From: the human T2T-CHM13v2.0 reference genome, Homo sapiens
Length of the DNA stretch: 64,000 bases
Reading direction: 5' to 3' (one strand)
Assembly: GCF_009914755.1 (NCBI RefSeq)
Contig: NC_060932.1
The notes beneath the pieces were generated by a model. It saw only the letters and a list, made by a program, of their open reading frames with translations, searched no databases and was not told the origin of the DNA. The translations under genes and the position numbers were made by a program. Each line of letters begins with the position of its first letter. Position 1 is the first letter of the stretch. Positions 27,080-39,968 of the stretch are shown here, piece after piece.

Positions 27080-28860
27080 AATACAATTCTTGTTAAACAT
27101 CCTTTAACATGCCAGGCAGTGTACCTAGATTTGGGGGCTATAAAAATTAATATGCAAGAGCCCGTGTTCTCAGGGAATACCGGCAAAATGATAACAGGGT
27201 AAGTATTATAATAGACCTGTCAAGGCAGAGATGGGGAAACCCTTGACTTTTACCCCAGATTGAAAACCAGAGAATGGCCACTAGTTCCCAGTGAGGTTTG
27301 CAACATACCCAAAAATAAAGTCAAAACTCTTTTTTGGAATCAGCTCACATGATGATGCAGCTGTAAGTGGTAGGTAAGTCGGTATCCTACCTTCTGCAAA
27401 AGCCAGGAATAGTCACATCTTTGTGTGATGCATAATCCTCAAGGTCATGTTACTCCAAGTTGGATCACAGCTGGGGAACCGGGGGCCCCAAGGTCAGTAG
27501 AGAAGCTCCCAGGTGCCTATCCAGCTTAGCCAAAGGTTACCTCCAGCCTGGCTGTTGGAGGAAGTAGTACAGCAAAGAGAATAAAGAGCCTGCTTGCTTG
27601 CCTGGCTGCACATGTGCCCATTCTACATCTACCAGCACGCTGAATGACAAAGTGTTAGTAGACAAAGAGAAGGAAGAGTGCATTTTGTCTTGGAAGGGCA
27701 GAGAAGGCTCCTGAGAGGCTGTGATGTTTGAGCTGAAGGTGAAAAATGGACAGGAATTCACCGGATAGGTACAGAAAAGGGCATTCTATTTAACGGAGAC
27801 ACATGCAAGTGTAAAGTATAAAAAAAGCAAGGCTGATTTGGGGACCTGTGGGTAATTCTGCATGTACAGAAAGGATGTTGTGAATGCAAAGTGATGGAAG
27901 CTACAGCTGAGAAGGTGGGCAAGAGCCCGCTCAGGATGAGATGTGCATGGCAAGCCCAGGGGATGGGCCTTTTGCCCTGCTGATAATGGGGCCACTGAAG
28001 GATTTTAAATAGGGCAATTATATAAAATCACTTACATTTTAGGGGAACTGTCCTGAAAGCAAGATTGATATCAGGGCTGAGCGCAGTGGCTCCCATCTGT
28101 AATCCCAGAACTTTGGGAGACCGAGGAGGCCAGATCACTTGAGGTCAGGAGTTCAAGACCAGCCTAACCAACATGGTGAAACCCCGTCTCTACTAAAAAT
28201 ACAAAAAAAAATTAGCGGGGCACAGTGGCACATGCCTGTGATCCCAGCTACTTGGGAGGCCGAGGCACGAGAAATGGTTGAACCGAGAAGGCGGAGGTTG
28301 CAGTGAGCACTCCAGCCTGGGCAATAGAGTGAGACTCCATCTCAAAACAAAACAAAACAAAAAGATATCAGGTTAAAAGGATGGACAACAGGAACTAGAA
28401 GGTCAGTTAGGTGGCTAGTAATATATTCCAGACAAGACATTACAAGGGTTTGCAGATGAAACTAGTGGTAATAAAGATGGAGAAGTGGGCATGGGATTGA
28501 GAAATATTGAGCAAGTATAATACACAGGTCCTTGTGACTTGGATATAAAAGCTTACACATACAGAGGAGTTTAGGATAATTCACAGGTTTCTGGCTTATA
28601 AAGGTGGGGGCAGGTGTCCCTGAGATTCGCTGAGTGTCTCACTGAGATAGACCACAGAGGAGGGAAAGCAGCTAGGAAGCAGCAAACACAACAAATTTGG
28701 TTTTGGAAGCATTCACGTTTGGGTTCCTATGGGGTGGGATTGATATTCCTTAGGCAGCAGGCTGTTCAGGTCTGAAACACAGTGGGAGGTCGGGGCAGAA
28801 GATGTAAATTTGAAATCCATCAGCATCAATGCTATGGCGAGGAAGAGATCATTCCTGACC
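27080..28860 (-). mobile_element. L2 fragments (interrupted by an Alu and other DNA)
   Basis: atgccaggcagtgtacctag, ggggccactgaagggattttaa, tttggttttggaagcatt L2 motifs. Confidence 0.65.
28075..28362 (+). mobile_element. AluS with a small right-arm deletion and (CAAAA)n tail
   Basis: gcagtgagc|actccagcc junction; gatatcag on both flanks. Confidence 0.93.
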
Positions 28861-31340
28861 AAGATGTTACGATACCCACACTTGGAAGCCATGTGTTAAA
28901 TAAATGTCAAATGGATAAATATGCATTCTTATATACACCCAAGAATATACAGATAAACTGGCTGGAGGGCCAGGAAGAAACCTGCCTAGCATTTTCTGTA
29001 GAGCCTGGAAATGAAGTTGGGGTGGGGTGAGTGGAGGCCCAGAGAGGGTAAAGATCTGGTGTCACAAAGACATTATGGATAGTTATAAAAATAAGTATTT
29101 TCTGAGTGTGTATCTAGCTGCATTTATTTCTCGTAACTGAAGGTATAGTGCTGTGTCATCCTTGTCCAGAGCTAGGCATCACTCCTTATCTTCAGCCTTG
29201 ATTGAAGCACAGAGCCCTGGACCCGACCATGTCAATGGGATAGAAAGTGAAGCGGGACAAGGGCGCTCGCAGGTGTGGAGCTATGAAAAATGTGATCTCA
29301 GACAGGGTGGAAATTCCAATCACAGTCACCCTGGGGAAATACCAGCATTATTCATCTACTGGAACTTTAAATTAAAAGGCTACCTAATTCTTCAGGGAAG
29401 GGGATTGTTTCCCCTTACGTCAATAAGTCCATTTTCTCCTTCTCCTTTCCTATTACATTTTAGAAGAAATTCATTCCAGTTAATATGAAAATGAGAAGCC
29501 ACAAATTAGGAAGGATGTGTATGGGAGCAGCTCTGATGATTAACCAAGTCTGTCCGTTACTCTGGGTATCAATAATACACTTATTTTTCTGTCATTTAAA
29601 TGCTCGGTATCCATCTGCTCTTGGAACCAATCTGAACATCCTAGCATTATAAAGCATGCACTAATGGAAAGATACTGAGCTCCTTTATTAATGTTAGAAG
29701 CTCCGTGTCACTTTCATGGAATCGGTAAGGACCATTCTGAAGGACAGTATGGCGTCCACAAAGGAAGAGTATTCGAATGAAACTTACCCTTGTAGGAAAA
29801 AAATCTCAGCCCAATCAGAAGCCAGCTATGGTTCACTTTTTCTTATTGAGATGTCCGAAAGTAAAATAAAGATATTCCTATTTCACCTCATTTCTGCTCA
29901 AATATTATTGTCTTTACCTAAATAAAAGATGGGATTTCCCTAAATGAAACCGAGCGCTTTCTATAAAATATTTTGACATCTAATGAAGTAAACATTCCTT
30001 TGTTAATATTCTTTTTCAAAATTATTTTGGTCCTTCCTCCCTGTTCATTCTTGTTGATAGATTTTTGAGTGAGTTTGTCAATTTCCCCCCAAAATCCTTT
30101 GGGGTTTTGACTGGAACCATCTTGTAGCTATGTCATAAGCTGGAGAAAATGGACATCTTTAGTCTTCCTATTGGTGAATGTGCTATGTGTCTCTACTTGT
30201 TCAAGTCTTTTTTTTCCCCTGCCTCAATGAATTTTAGCATTTTGTTTATGTAGGTCTGCATGTTTCTTAAGTTCACTCTGTTTTTTTTTAACAGCTTGCT
30301 GTACTTACAATGTGTCCAAAAGTACAAGCCAGAGTGTCATATTTATCAGGACACTGAAGGAATGCAAATTGTTCCACTATGGTCTTTTGAGAGATCACAT
30401 AAAACAGAGGAAAATGTAGTCGTCGTCTATTGTTATGAAGAAATGGCTCATCTTATAAATTATATTTTGGTTGCTTTATGGAAATACCTACCAAATCACA
30501 GTGTGACTGCAGCAAATGTGGTTTTTTGGAAGAGCGCAGCCTGTCCAATCAATCTAATTTCCTCAAGAGCAGGATAGCTGACTTTTAGATAAAGGCAAAG
30601 AATTATATGTGAAATATCTGAGTTTCAGCAAGTCTTTATTCTAATGAATACGATTCTGCCACAAAGAATGGAGTCAACATAGTCTGGTGCTGACTGCATT
30701 GCTGATGGAGAAGTTGCACTTGAAAAGAGGCTGTCTTTTCAACTCTGTGTTTATTTGTATTAAATTAAAAGAAAACCAGCCTTTAGGGCAAACACACATC
30801 TTACAGGAGAACTCAAGTAGCTTTTTTTTCTAGAGTTGCTGTTGGTCATAGCAAAAAGTAGTTTAATTCTCTCCATCTTTTAGCTTGGAAAACATTTGCC
30901 TGAATTCCCAACCTACAGTCGTAGAGACTAGACACAACAATATTGCTTGAGAACAAAGAGGGAACCATTAATGTATCACTTCATGATCCTCTGAATTTTG
31001 CTATTCCCGTTCCTACCTGTTTATTTAGCATTTTATTAACACAGGGCAACCAACGCCCAAAGAAGTGATGAGGAAAGGAACAGGGGCCAAGAAGGTTATT
31101 AACGGATAAGATGAAGACCCTCACAACATACTAATCCTCCCTCTAGTTTTAAAAGATTTGAAGATATAACCAATGTAGAAAGGAACAGAAACTGTTGAGG
31201 ATGTAGAACAACTGGAATTCTCATACATTGTTGGGAATGCAAAATAGTACAACCACTTTGGAAAACAGTTTGCAATTATCTTATAAAGTTAAATATACAT
31301 TTATCATACCACCCAACAATCCCACTGGTGGGTATTTACC

Positions 31341-31508
31341 CAGGACTGGCTGTATAATTTGTGTGCCCAGTGTAAAATGAAAATGAGGGGCTCCTTCTTC
31401 AACAATTACTAAGAATTTCAAGACAGTGATATTAAACCAAGCACAGGGTCTTTCTGAGTTGAGCCCTATGTGTAATGCACACATTACACACTCAAGAAGC
31501 CAGTCCTA
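31341..31508 (-). mobile_element. MER45A (hAT-Tip100)
   Basis: caggactggct...agccagtccta termini; 8-bp TSD tatttacc/tatctacc. Confidence 0.85.
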
Positions 31509-31551
31509 TATCTACCCAACAGAAATGATAACATTTACCCACACAAAGATA

Positions 31552-31841
31552 TTTTTTTCGCAACAGGACTTCACTCTGTTGCCCAGGCTGGAAAGCACTG
31601 GTGCAATCATGGCTCACTGCAGCCTCGACCTCCCTGGGCTCAAGTGATCCTCCCGCCTCAACCTCCTGAGTAACTAGGACAACAGGCACACACTACAATG
31701 ACCTGCTAATTTTTGTATTTTTTGTAGAGACGGGGTTTTGCCATGTTGGCCAGGCTTGTCTCAAACTCCTGGGCTCGAGTGATCCTCCCGCCTCGGCCTC
31801 GCAAAGTGCTGGCGTTACAGGCATGAGCCACCATGCCCAGC
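31552..31841 (-). mobile_element. AluJ
   Basis: Reverse Alu; acacaaagat on both flanks. Confidence 0.93.
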
Positions 31842-32478
31842 AACACAAAGATTTTTATGTGATTGTATGTTATGGTCTGAATGTTTGTGTCCCCTCAAAA
31901 TTCATGTATTGAAATCCTAACCCAAAAGGTGATGGTATTAGCAGGTGGGTGGGGACTTTGGGAGGTGATTAGGTCATGTGGATAGGGTTCTCATGAACAG
32001 AACTCTTAGAAGAGATCCCTCGCCTCTTCTGCCATGAGAAGTTACAGTCAGAAGATGGCTATCTGTGAGGAAGCAGGCTTTCCCCAGACACCACATCTGC
32101 TGGCACGTTGATCTCGGACTTTCCAGCCTCTGGAACTGTGAGAAATACATTTCTGTTATTTATAAGCCACGCAGTCTATGGTATTTTGTTATAGCAGCTT
32201 GAACAGACTGAGACAGAAATTGGTACTGAGAAATGCGATACTATTGTAACAAATTCCTAGAAATGTAGAAGTAGCTTTGGACCTGGAGAATGGGAGAGTT
32301 TTTAGGTACATGCTGGAAAAAGCCCACATTGCCATGAAGAGACCTTTAAATGTGATTTTGGTAAAGCTGTGGAAGAGGAGAGCTGTAGGGAGAGCCTCAA
32401 TCTTCATAGAGGCACCTGAGTAATCCTAGGCAGAATGTTGGTAGAAATGTGGACACTAAAGTCCATTCTGATGAGATC

Positions 32479-32883
32479 TGTATTAGTAAGTCTTCATGTT
32501 GCCGATAAAGACATACCCAAGACTGGGAAGAAAAAGAGGTTTAATGGACTCACAGTTCCATGTGGCTAGGGAGGACTCACAATCATGGCAGGAGGCAAAA
32601 GGCACTTCTTACATGGTGGCAGTAAGAGAGAGAATCATGGTGGAAGGCAAAAGGCATAATTCTTACATGGCAGCACAAGAGAGAGAATGATGGCCAAGCG
32701 AAATGGGTTTCCCCTTATTAAACCATTAGATCTCACGAGACTTATTCACTACCACGAGAACAGTATGCGAGAAACCACCCCATGATTCAATTATCTCCCA
32801 CCGGGTCTCTCCCACAAGACATGGAAATTATGGAAGCACAATTCAAGATGAGATTTGGGTGGAGACACAGAGCCAAACCATCA
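32479..32883 (-). mobile_element. THE1 solo LTR nested in MLT1A-int, with a ~50-bp internal duplication
   Basis: tgtattagt...gataaagacatacccaagactggg...gagccaaaccatca; TSD agatc/aggtc; aatcatgg...gagagag repeated at ~32581-32686. Confidence 0.9.
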
Positions 32884-34120
32884 AGGTCTCAGATGGAAAC
32901 GGAGAACATGTTATTGGAAACTGGAGGAAAAGCAATCTTTGTTATAGAGAGGTAAGGAATTTGGTGGAATTGTGTTCATGTCCTAGTGTTTTGTGGAAGG
33001 TGGAACTTGTGAGCAATAAAATTGGATAGTTGGCTGATGAAATTTCTTTTTGGGATGGAGGTGGTGATGGAAATGTTCTATATCTTTATTGTGGTGGTGA
33101 TTACATGGGTTTATACATTTTTCAAAACTTAAGAGTATAATACAACTTCCAAGCTTACAATCAGCTAAAAAGGAAAGAAAAAAAAGTACTAAGCCAGCAA
33201 AAGTAAAAACATGGAGAGGGAAAAAAATGAATGGTAAATATCAAAGAAGGTATGAAGTCATGTACATCATGTGATCTGACTCTTTTATTTAAATTTCGTT
33301 CTTTCAATATCTTTAGGAGTACACGTGGTTTCTAGTTATATGGATGAATCATACAGTGGTGAAGTCTGGGGTTTTAGTGAAATCATCACCCAAGTCGTAT
33401 AAGTTATATCCAATAGGTAGTGTTTTCATTCCTCATCTCCACTTCTACCCTTCCCCCTTCTGAGTCTCCAGTGTCCATTATACCACTGTCTGGCTTTGTA
33501 TACCCATAGCTTAACTCCCACTTACAAGTGAGAACATACAGTATTTGGTTTTTCATTCCTGAGTCATTTCACTCAGAATAATAGTCTCTAGTTCCGTCCA
33601 AGTGACTGCAGAAGACATTATTTTGCCTTTTTTTTATAGCTGAGTAGTATTCTATGGAATTTATACCACATTTTATTTACTTACAGGTTGATGGGCACTT
33701 AGGCTGATTCCATATTTTTGCAATTGTGAATTGTGCTGCAATAAACATAAAGATGCTAGTGTCTTTTTGATATAATGATTTTTTTTTCCCTTTGAGTACT
33801 TACCCTGTAGTGGGATTTCTGGATTGAATGGTTCTTTGAGAAACCTCCATACTGTTTTCCATAGAGGTTGTACTAATTTACATTCCCACCAGCAGTGTAT
33901 AAGTGTTCCATTTTCACCACATCCATGCCATCTATTGTTTTTTGACTTTTCAATAATGTCCATTCTGGCTGGGGCAAGGTAGTATCTCACTGTGGTTCTA
34001 ACTAGCATTTCCCTAGTGATTCGTGATGTTGAACATTTTAAAAACGTTTTTTGTCCATTTGTACATCTTCTTTTGAGAAATGCCTGTTCATGTCATTTGC
34101 CCACTCTCACCTCACCCCCC

Positions 34121-34409
34121 TTTTTTTTGAGACAGGGTCTTACTCCGTTACTCAGGCTACAGTGCAGTGGCACAATCATGGCTCATTGCAACCTTGACCT
34201 CCTGGGCTCAAGTGACCCTCACACTTCAGCCTCCCAAGTCACTGGGACCACAAGCACATGCCAGCATGTCCAGTCATTTTTAATTTTTTTGTGGACATAG
34301 TGTCTGCCTGTATTCCGCAGGCTGGCCTTGAATTCCTGGGCTAAAGCAATCCTCCCACCTTGGCTTCCCAAACTGCTGGGATTACAGGCGTGAGCCACTG
34401 TACCCAGCC
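34121..34409 (-). mobile_element. AluJ inside the L1
   Basis: Reverse-strand Alu dimer. Confidence 0.92.
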
Positions 34410-35262
34410 TGCCTACTTTTTAACAAGATTATTTGTTTTATTCTTTCTGATCTGAGTTCCTTGTAGATTCTGGATACTAGTCCTTCGTTGGTTGCATAGT
34501 TTGCAAATACTTTCTCCAACTGTATAGGTTGTCTGTTTACTCTGATTATTTCTTTTGGCTGTGTAGAAGCTTTTTAGTTTAATTAGGACCTATTTGTCTA
34601 TTTTTGTTTTTGTTGCATTTGCTTTTGGGGTCTTCGTCATAAATTATTTGCCTGCCAATGTCTAGAAGAGCTTTTTTCCTAGGTTTTCTTCTAGAATTTT
34701 AAAATAATTTCAGGTCTTAGATTTAAGTCTTTAGTCCATCTTGGGTTGATTTTTTTTTATATAATGAGAGATAGGAATCCATTTTTATTCTTCTACATGT
34801 GGCTATACAATTTTCCCAGCGGCGTCATTGAATACAGTCCTCTCCCCAGGTTTTTTTTTTGTTTTTTTTTTTTTATGCTTTGTCAAAGATCACTTGGTTG
34901 TAAACATTTGGCTTTATTTCTGGTTCTCTATTCTGTTCCATTGGTCTATGTATCAACTTTTATACCAGTACCATGCTCTTAGGTTGCTATAGCCTTATAG
35001 TATAATTTAAAGTTCAGCAATGTGATGCCTCCAGACTTGTTCTTTTTGCTTAGGATTGCTTTGGCTATTTGGGCACTTTCTTGGTATCATATGAATTTTA
35101 GCATTGTTTTTTTCTAATTCCATGAGGAATGACATTGGTATTTGGATAGAAATTGCATTGAATGTGTAGACTGCTTTGGGTAGCATGGTCATTTTCACAA
35201 TATGAACATGTGATCTCTTTCAGCAGTGTTTTGTAGTTCTCTTTGTAGAAATCCTTCACCTC

Positions 35263-35689
35263 ACCAGGTGGAGTGGCTCATGCCTGTAATCCCAGTCTTT
35301 GGGGGGCCTAGGGGGCAGACTGCTTGAGCCTAGGAGTTCTAGATCAGCCTGGGAAACATGGCAAAACCCTGTCTCTACAAAAAATACAAAAATTATCCAG
35401 GTGTGGTGGTGCACGCCTATAGTCCCAGCTACTCAGGAGGCTGAGGTGGGAGGATAGCTTGAGCCGAGGAGGTGGAGGTTGCAGTCAGCTGAAATCATGC
35501 CATTGCACTCCAGCCTGGGTGACAGAGCCAGACACTGTCTCAGAAAGAAAGAAAAAGAGAGAAATGAAGGGAAGGGGAAGGGGAAGGGAAGAAGGAAGAA
35601 AAGAAGGAAGGAAGGGAAGGGAAGGAAGGAAGGGGAGGGAAGAAGGGAAGGAAGGGAGGGAAGGAGAGAGGGACAGAGGGAAGAAAAAT
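35263..35689 (+). mobile_element. AluJ with tail expanded into a ~145-bp GA-rich tract
   Basis: Perfect 15-bp TSD gaaatccttcacctc (35248-35262 / 35690-35704) encloses the Alu plus purine tract. Confidence 0.93.
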
Positions 35690-38342
35690 GAAATCCTTCA
35701 CCTCCTTGGTTAAATATGTTTTTAAGTATTTTGTTTTATTTTTGCAGCTATTGTAAAAGGGATTGAGTTCTTGATTTGATTATCAGCTTGGTGGTTTTAG
35801 TAGTGCTACTGATTTGTGTATACTGATATTATAATCTGAGACTTTACTGAATTTGTTTATCAAATGTAGGAGTCTTTTGGAGGAGACTTGAGGATTTTCT
35901 AAGATTATGTCATCGGCAAGCAGAGACAGTTTGAATTCGTCTTTTCCAATTTCGATGCCCTTTATTACTTTCTCTTGCCTGATTGCTCTGGCTGGGACTT
36001 CCCTCATGAAATTTCTAGGTAAAATGTTGAAAATGCTGCTTGATTTCTCTTAACTGCTTATAGTAAAATACAACAAGAGATAAACTATGTAAACATGGAT
36101 TTTTTTTTTAATCAAAAGGAGAGCAAAACATTAAATTTTGGAAAATTCTCAGCCTATTCATATTGAAAGGTATGAGAAAGCATGTTCAAGAGAAAGCAGG
36201 AGTGTAGCCAAGTGACTATTTGATGAGGAAATTAGTATAGATCTGGTATCCCAAAGGAAACCAGGTGCTATTCATGAAGACAATGACTGAATGACCCAAA
36301 AAGTATTTTGGAGTTATTGGTGCTGCCCCTTGCATCACAGACCCAGAACACAAGTGCCTGGGGTTCAGAACAATTTCAAGGCTCTGCTCCCTGCATACTA
36401 CTCAGCGTTCCTTGGCTGCCCCAGGTGTGGCTCCAGTGGGCCCAAGTGTGGCTTAGCCTGTGGTAGCTATCCCTGCAGAAAGTACAGACAGGAAACCATG
36501 GCAGCCTCAGTAAGGCACCATCTCTATCAGAACACAGGGTGCATGAGGCATGGGTCATGGCTATTTTCACCTAGATTTTGAAAGAAAAAGCTATTCAGAG
36601 TATTGAGTACCCAACCCAGACCACCATGAGGGTGTGCCACATCACAGTCCCCACTAAGGCAATGCTCTGCGGGTGGGGAGGGGGGCATCGCTGTGACCCC
36701 AGACCGGTTGAGTTACTAGCATACAATTCCAGCCCAGAAAAGCCACAGATGGGAGGCTCCAACTCCTAACAGCTGTGGTCGGAGCTGTGTCCAGCAAAGC
36801 CATGGGGACAGGGCCTCCAGGAGACTTGGTGGCCCACCCCCTGCCCAGCAAACCTCCAGAGATGGAACCCTTCAACCCAGTGGGCCTAGAGGGCAGACGC
36901 TTGAGTCAAAGAAGATTGTTTCTGAGCCTTAAGGTTTTGAACTTGCTTGGAACATATTAGCCCTTCTTTTCTATTTCTCCCTTTTGGGATGAGAATGTCT
37001 ATCCTGTGCCTGTCCCACTGTTGTGTTTTGGAAGCACATAACATGTTTGCTTTCGTGGGTTCACAGCTGCAGAGCAACTTGCCTGTAAATGAGTTGTACC
37101 TTGAGTCCTACCTATATCTGGATTAGATGATGTTTAAATGAGACTCTGGACTTCAGAGTTTTCAGTTGATGCTGGAATGAGTTAAGACTTTGGAGGCTAT
37201 TAGGGTGAATGTATTGTGCATGTGAGAAGAGTGTGAATTTTGGTGGGCCAGGGATGGAATGCTATGGTCTATGGTTCCCTGAGTAATGCAGATATGTGTC
37301 TGCATTACTTGTTTGTGTTTCCCCAAAATTCATATGTTGAAATCCTAACCACCAAGGTGATGGCATTAGGAAATGGGGGGCTACTGAGAGGTGAATAGGT
37401 CACGAGGGCAGAACTCTCATGAGGGAGATCAATGCCCTTGTGAAATAGATCCAAGGGGGCACTCCCACCTTGTGAGGATATAGCGAGAAGGCACCATCTA
37501 TGAATCAGAAAGTGGCTCCTCACCAGACAGCAAATCTGCTAGCACCTTGATCTTGGACTTTCCAGCCTCCAGAACTGTGAGAAATAAATGTCTGCTGTTG
37601 ATAAGCCACCCAGTCTCTGGCATTTGTTATAGAAGCCCAAATAAACTGAGACAATGTGTACATCTGCATTACTCGTAGAACTGAAAACTGGAAGCAACCC
37701 AAATATGCATCAACTGATAAATGGATTAATACATTGTGTTACGTTTGTAAAACGAACTACTACTTAGCAATAAAAAGGAACAAAATATTAAATCATACAG
37801 CAGGGATAAGTCTCAAACCCTTCTACTAAATAAGTGGGACACGAAGACTCAATACTGTATTATTCTAATTATATGATATTCTACAAACAGCAAAACTTTA
37901 AGTAACAGAAAGCAGGTCAGTGGTTGCCTTGAGCCAGAGGTTAGGAAAGGAGCTTGGAGAAAACATTTTTGAGTAATAAAAATGCTCAATATCTTGGGGA
38001 ATGTTATTGTATGGAAATTACACTTCAATGAACCTAGAAAAAAATTAAATAGAAACAGAAAGCTAAGTAGACATATATAAAATATAAGTCACATTAATCC
38101 AAAACACTTAAAAATAGGTGTATTATGTTGTATGGCATTTTGGCGTAACTAGAGCAATAGGAACATACACATCTGTGAACTGGATTCTTTTTTCAGTCAG
38201 CACACATTTTTATCATTGTCGTCTCCTCACTTTATTGCAAGTACAGTCAGCATCAATGTTGAGAACTTTTTCTCCTAGGAGGTACGGGATTTGGCTCTGA
38301 TACGGTGTTGCCTCCACAGTTGCCCAGAATCTAGGCTCCATC

Positions 38343-38896
38343 TGCTACAGGAAAGGGGTCCTAATCCAGACCCCAAGAGAAGGTTCTTGGATCTTACGCA
38401 AGAAAGAATTTAGGGCAAGTCCACTGTGCAAAGCAAAAGCAAGTTTATTAAGAAGGTAAGGGAATAAAAGAATGGCTACTCCATAGACAGAGCAGCCCTG
38501 AGGACTGCTGGTTGCCCATTTCTATGGTTATTTCTTAATAATATGCTAATCAAGGGGTGGATTATTCATGCCTCCCCTTTTTAGACCATATAGGGTAACT
38601 TCCCGACGTTGCCATGGCATTTGTAAGCTGTCATGGCACTGCTGGGAATGTAGCAGTGAGGACGACCAGAGGTCACTCTCATCACCATCTTGGTTTTGGT
38701 GGGTTTTGGCCGGCTTCTTTACTGCAAACTGTTTTATCAGCAAGGTCTTTATGACCTGCATTTTGTGCTGACCTCCTATCTCATCCTGTGACTTAGAATG
38801 CCTTAACCGTCTGGGAATGCAGCCCAGTAGGTCTCAGCCTCATTTTACTCAGTTCCTGTTCAAGATGGAGTTGCTCTGGTTCAAATGCCTCTGACA
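38343..38896 (-). mobile_element. MER41A solo LTR (ERV1)
   Basis: Ends caagatggagttgctctggttcaaatgcctctgaca (reverse complement of the MER41 start); 554 bp; lacks the GAS-bearing segment; TSD-like catc/cttc. Confidence 0.88.
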
Positions 38897-39968
38897 CTTC
38901 TGCAACTGCCTAGGCTGCCTTCTTTCCTGAGATGTCCACAGCAGCAGAGTCAGCTTCCCCCTGCTTCCTGTCTGTGGTATCCTGAGTGTCCGGGGACTTG
39001 AGACCCCAGAAACTTGGGACCAGGACGCTGCATGAGTGGTCTCCCCAGAAATTGCAAGTACCATTATCCAGCTTCAGTGGCATGGGGTAGGGGAAGAGGG
39101 AACTTCCAGGAAAGGCCCCGTCTGCATTCCTGGAATCAGAGAATCTAGAGATGTTGAAAAAGGAGCAACTGTTCCGAAGCTCAGACAGGAACAGGGAATG
39201 AGGCAGGGGAGGCTTTAGACAGAGGGCTGCGCAGCCATCCTAAGCCCAAGTGAGAGGGGCTCTGGGCCCTAGAGTTGTCACACTTGCTTGCCCCTCTCCC
39301 TGACAGCAGGTGTCTGGGCTCCAGGCACCGAAGGTGCAGCACCTCACAGCCTCCACACAGGCAATGGGTGGAGACCATCCCTCCTCACCTAACTCCATGC
39401 ATCCCAGTAGGCTTAAGTCAGGAGTAACTTCATGCTTTTCTGATGATCATCAAAGTGTGACTTTAGAAATAATGACCAATCTCCTGAATGAAAATAAAGG
39501 ACATTCTTCTTTGTTTGCAGATGCTTTAAATTCCTTCAAGAGAGTTTTACTTTCAAATGTCTGGAATGAATAATTAAGCTAAATTCCTTTACCCTAAAGA
39601 GTAATCAACAGTTCTAAATGATTCTTCCTGGTTCCAATTGGAAGAGGAGGTACTAAAATGTGTGTGTGGTGTGGGGAAAATGACAGAGAGATAAGGCTGG
39701 AAGACAAACTTGATAAACACCATAACTTTTCAAAAGTAGCACAATTTGCTGTCCACCAGACAAAAAGACTGCTCAATGCAATATTTCTGCTGCATGTGCC
39801 AAGGCCAGGTTCAAATGTGGGATCAGAGTTCATCAAGACTGTCAGAACACGATAGAAGGCAAGAAATCCCTAGCACCTGATTTCACTGGTGCAAACACAG
39901 GCCCAAGAGTGAGGAAGGATCCTAGGCTTTGCCATCTCAACCTCCAGGCTCTTTTCACCACATGCTAT

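Larger units (their letters stand above)
33283..36005 (-). mobile_element. 5'-truncated L1 (L1PB-like) nested in MLT1A-int
   Basis: ORF2 C-terminal remnants in ORFs 33673..34008 ([21 protein letters not shown]), 35007..35198 and 35783..36007 ([10 protein letters not shown]-like). Confidence 0.92.
31868..37653 (+). mobile_element. Near full-length MLT1A-like MaLR: 5' LTR 31868-32215, internal 32216-33047 and 36006-37259, 3' LTR 37260-37653
   Basis: Two same-orientation LTRs (tg(t/c)tatggtct...actgagaca). Internal region starts gaaattggtact and ends with PPT-like gggccagggatggaa. Confidence 0.85.
31150..38040 (+). mobile_element. Old L1ME-like 3' fragment hosting nested MER45A, Alu and MLT1A insertions
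   Basis: L1 motifs at 31190-31340 and 31510-31550 resume at 37654-38040 (aaactggaagcaacccaaat). Confidence 0.7.

Noticed and set aside
33673-36007. L1 ORF2-like peptides as an active or domesticated gene
   Set aside because: Fragmented, frameshifted, 5'-truncated and interrupted by Alus.
38897-39968. Two MER41 LTRs as the ends of one provirus
   Set aside because: Different subfamily structure (A versus B), and the 1.07-kb spacer does not look like ERV internal sequence; independent solo LTRs are more likely.
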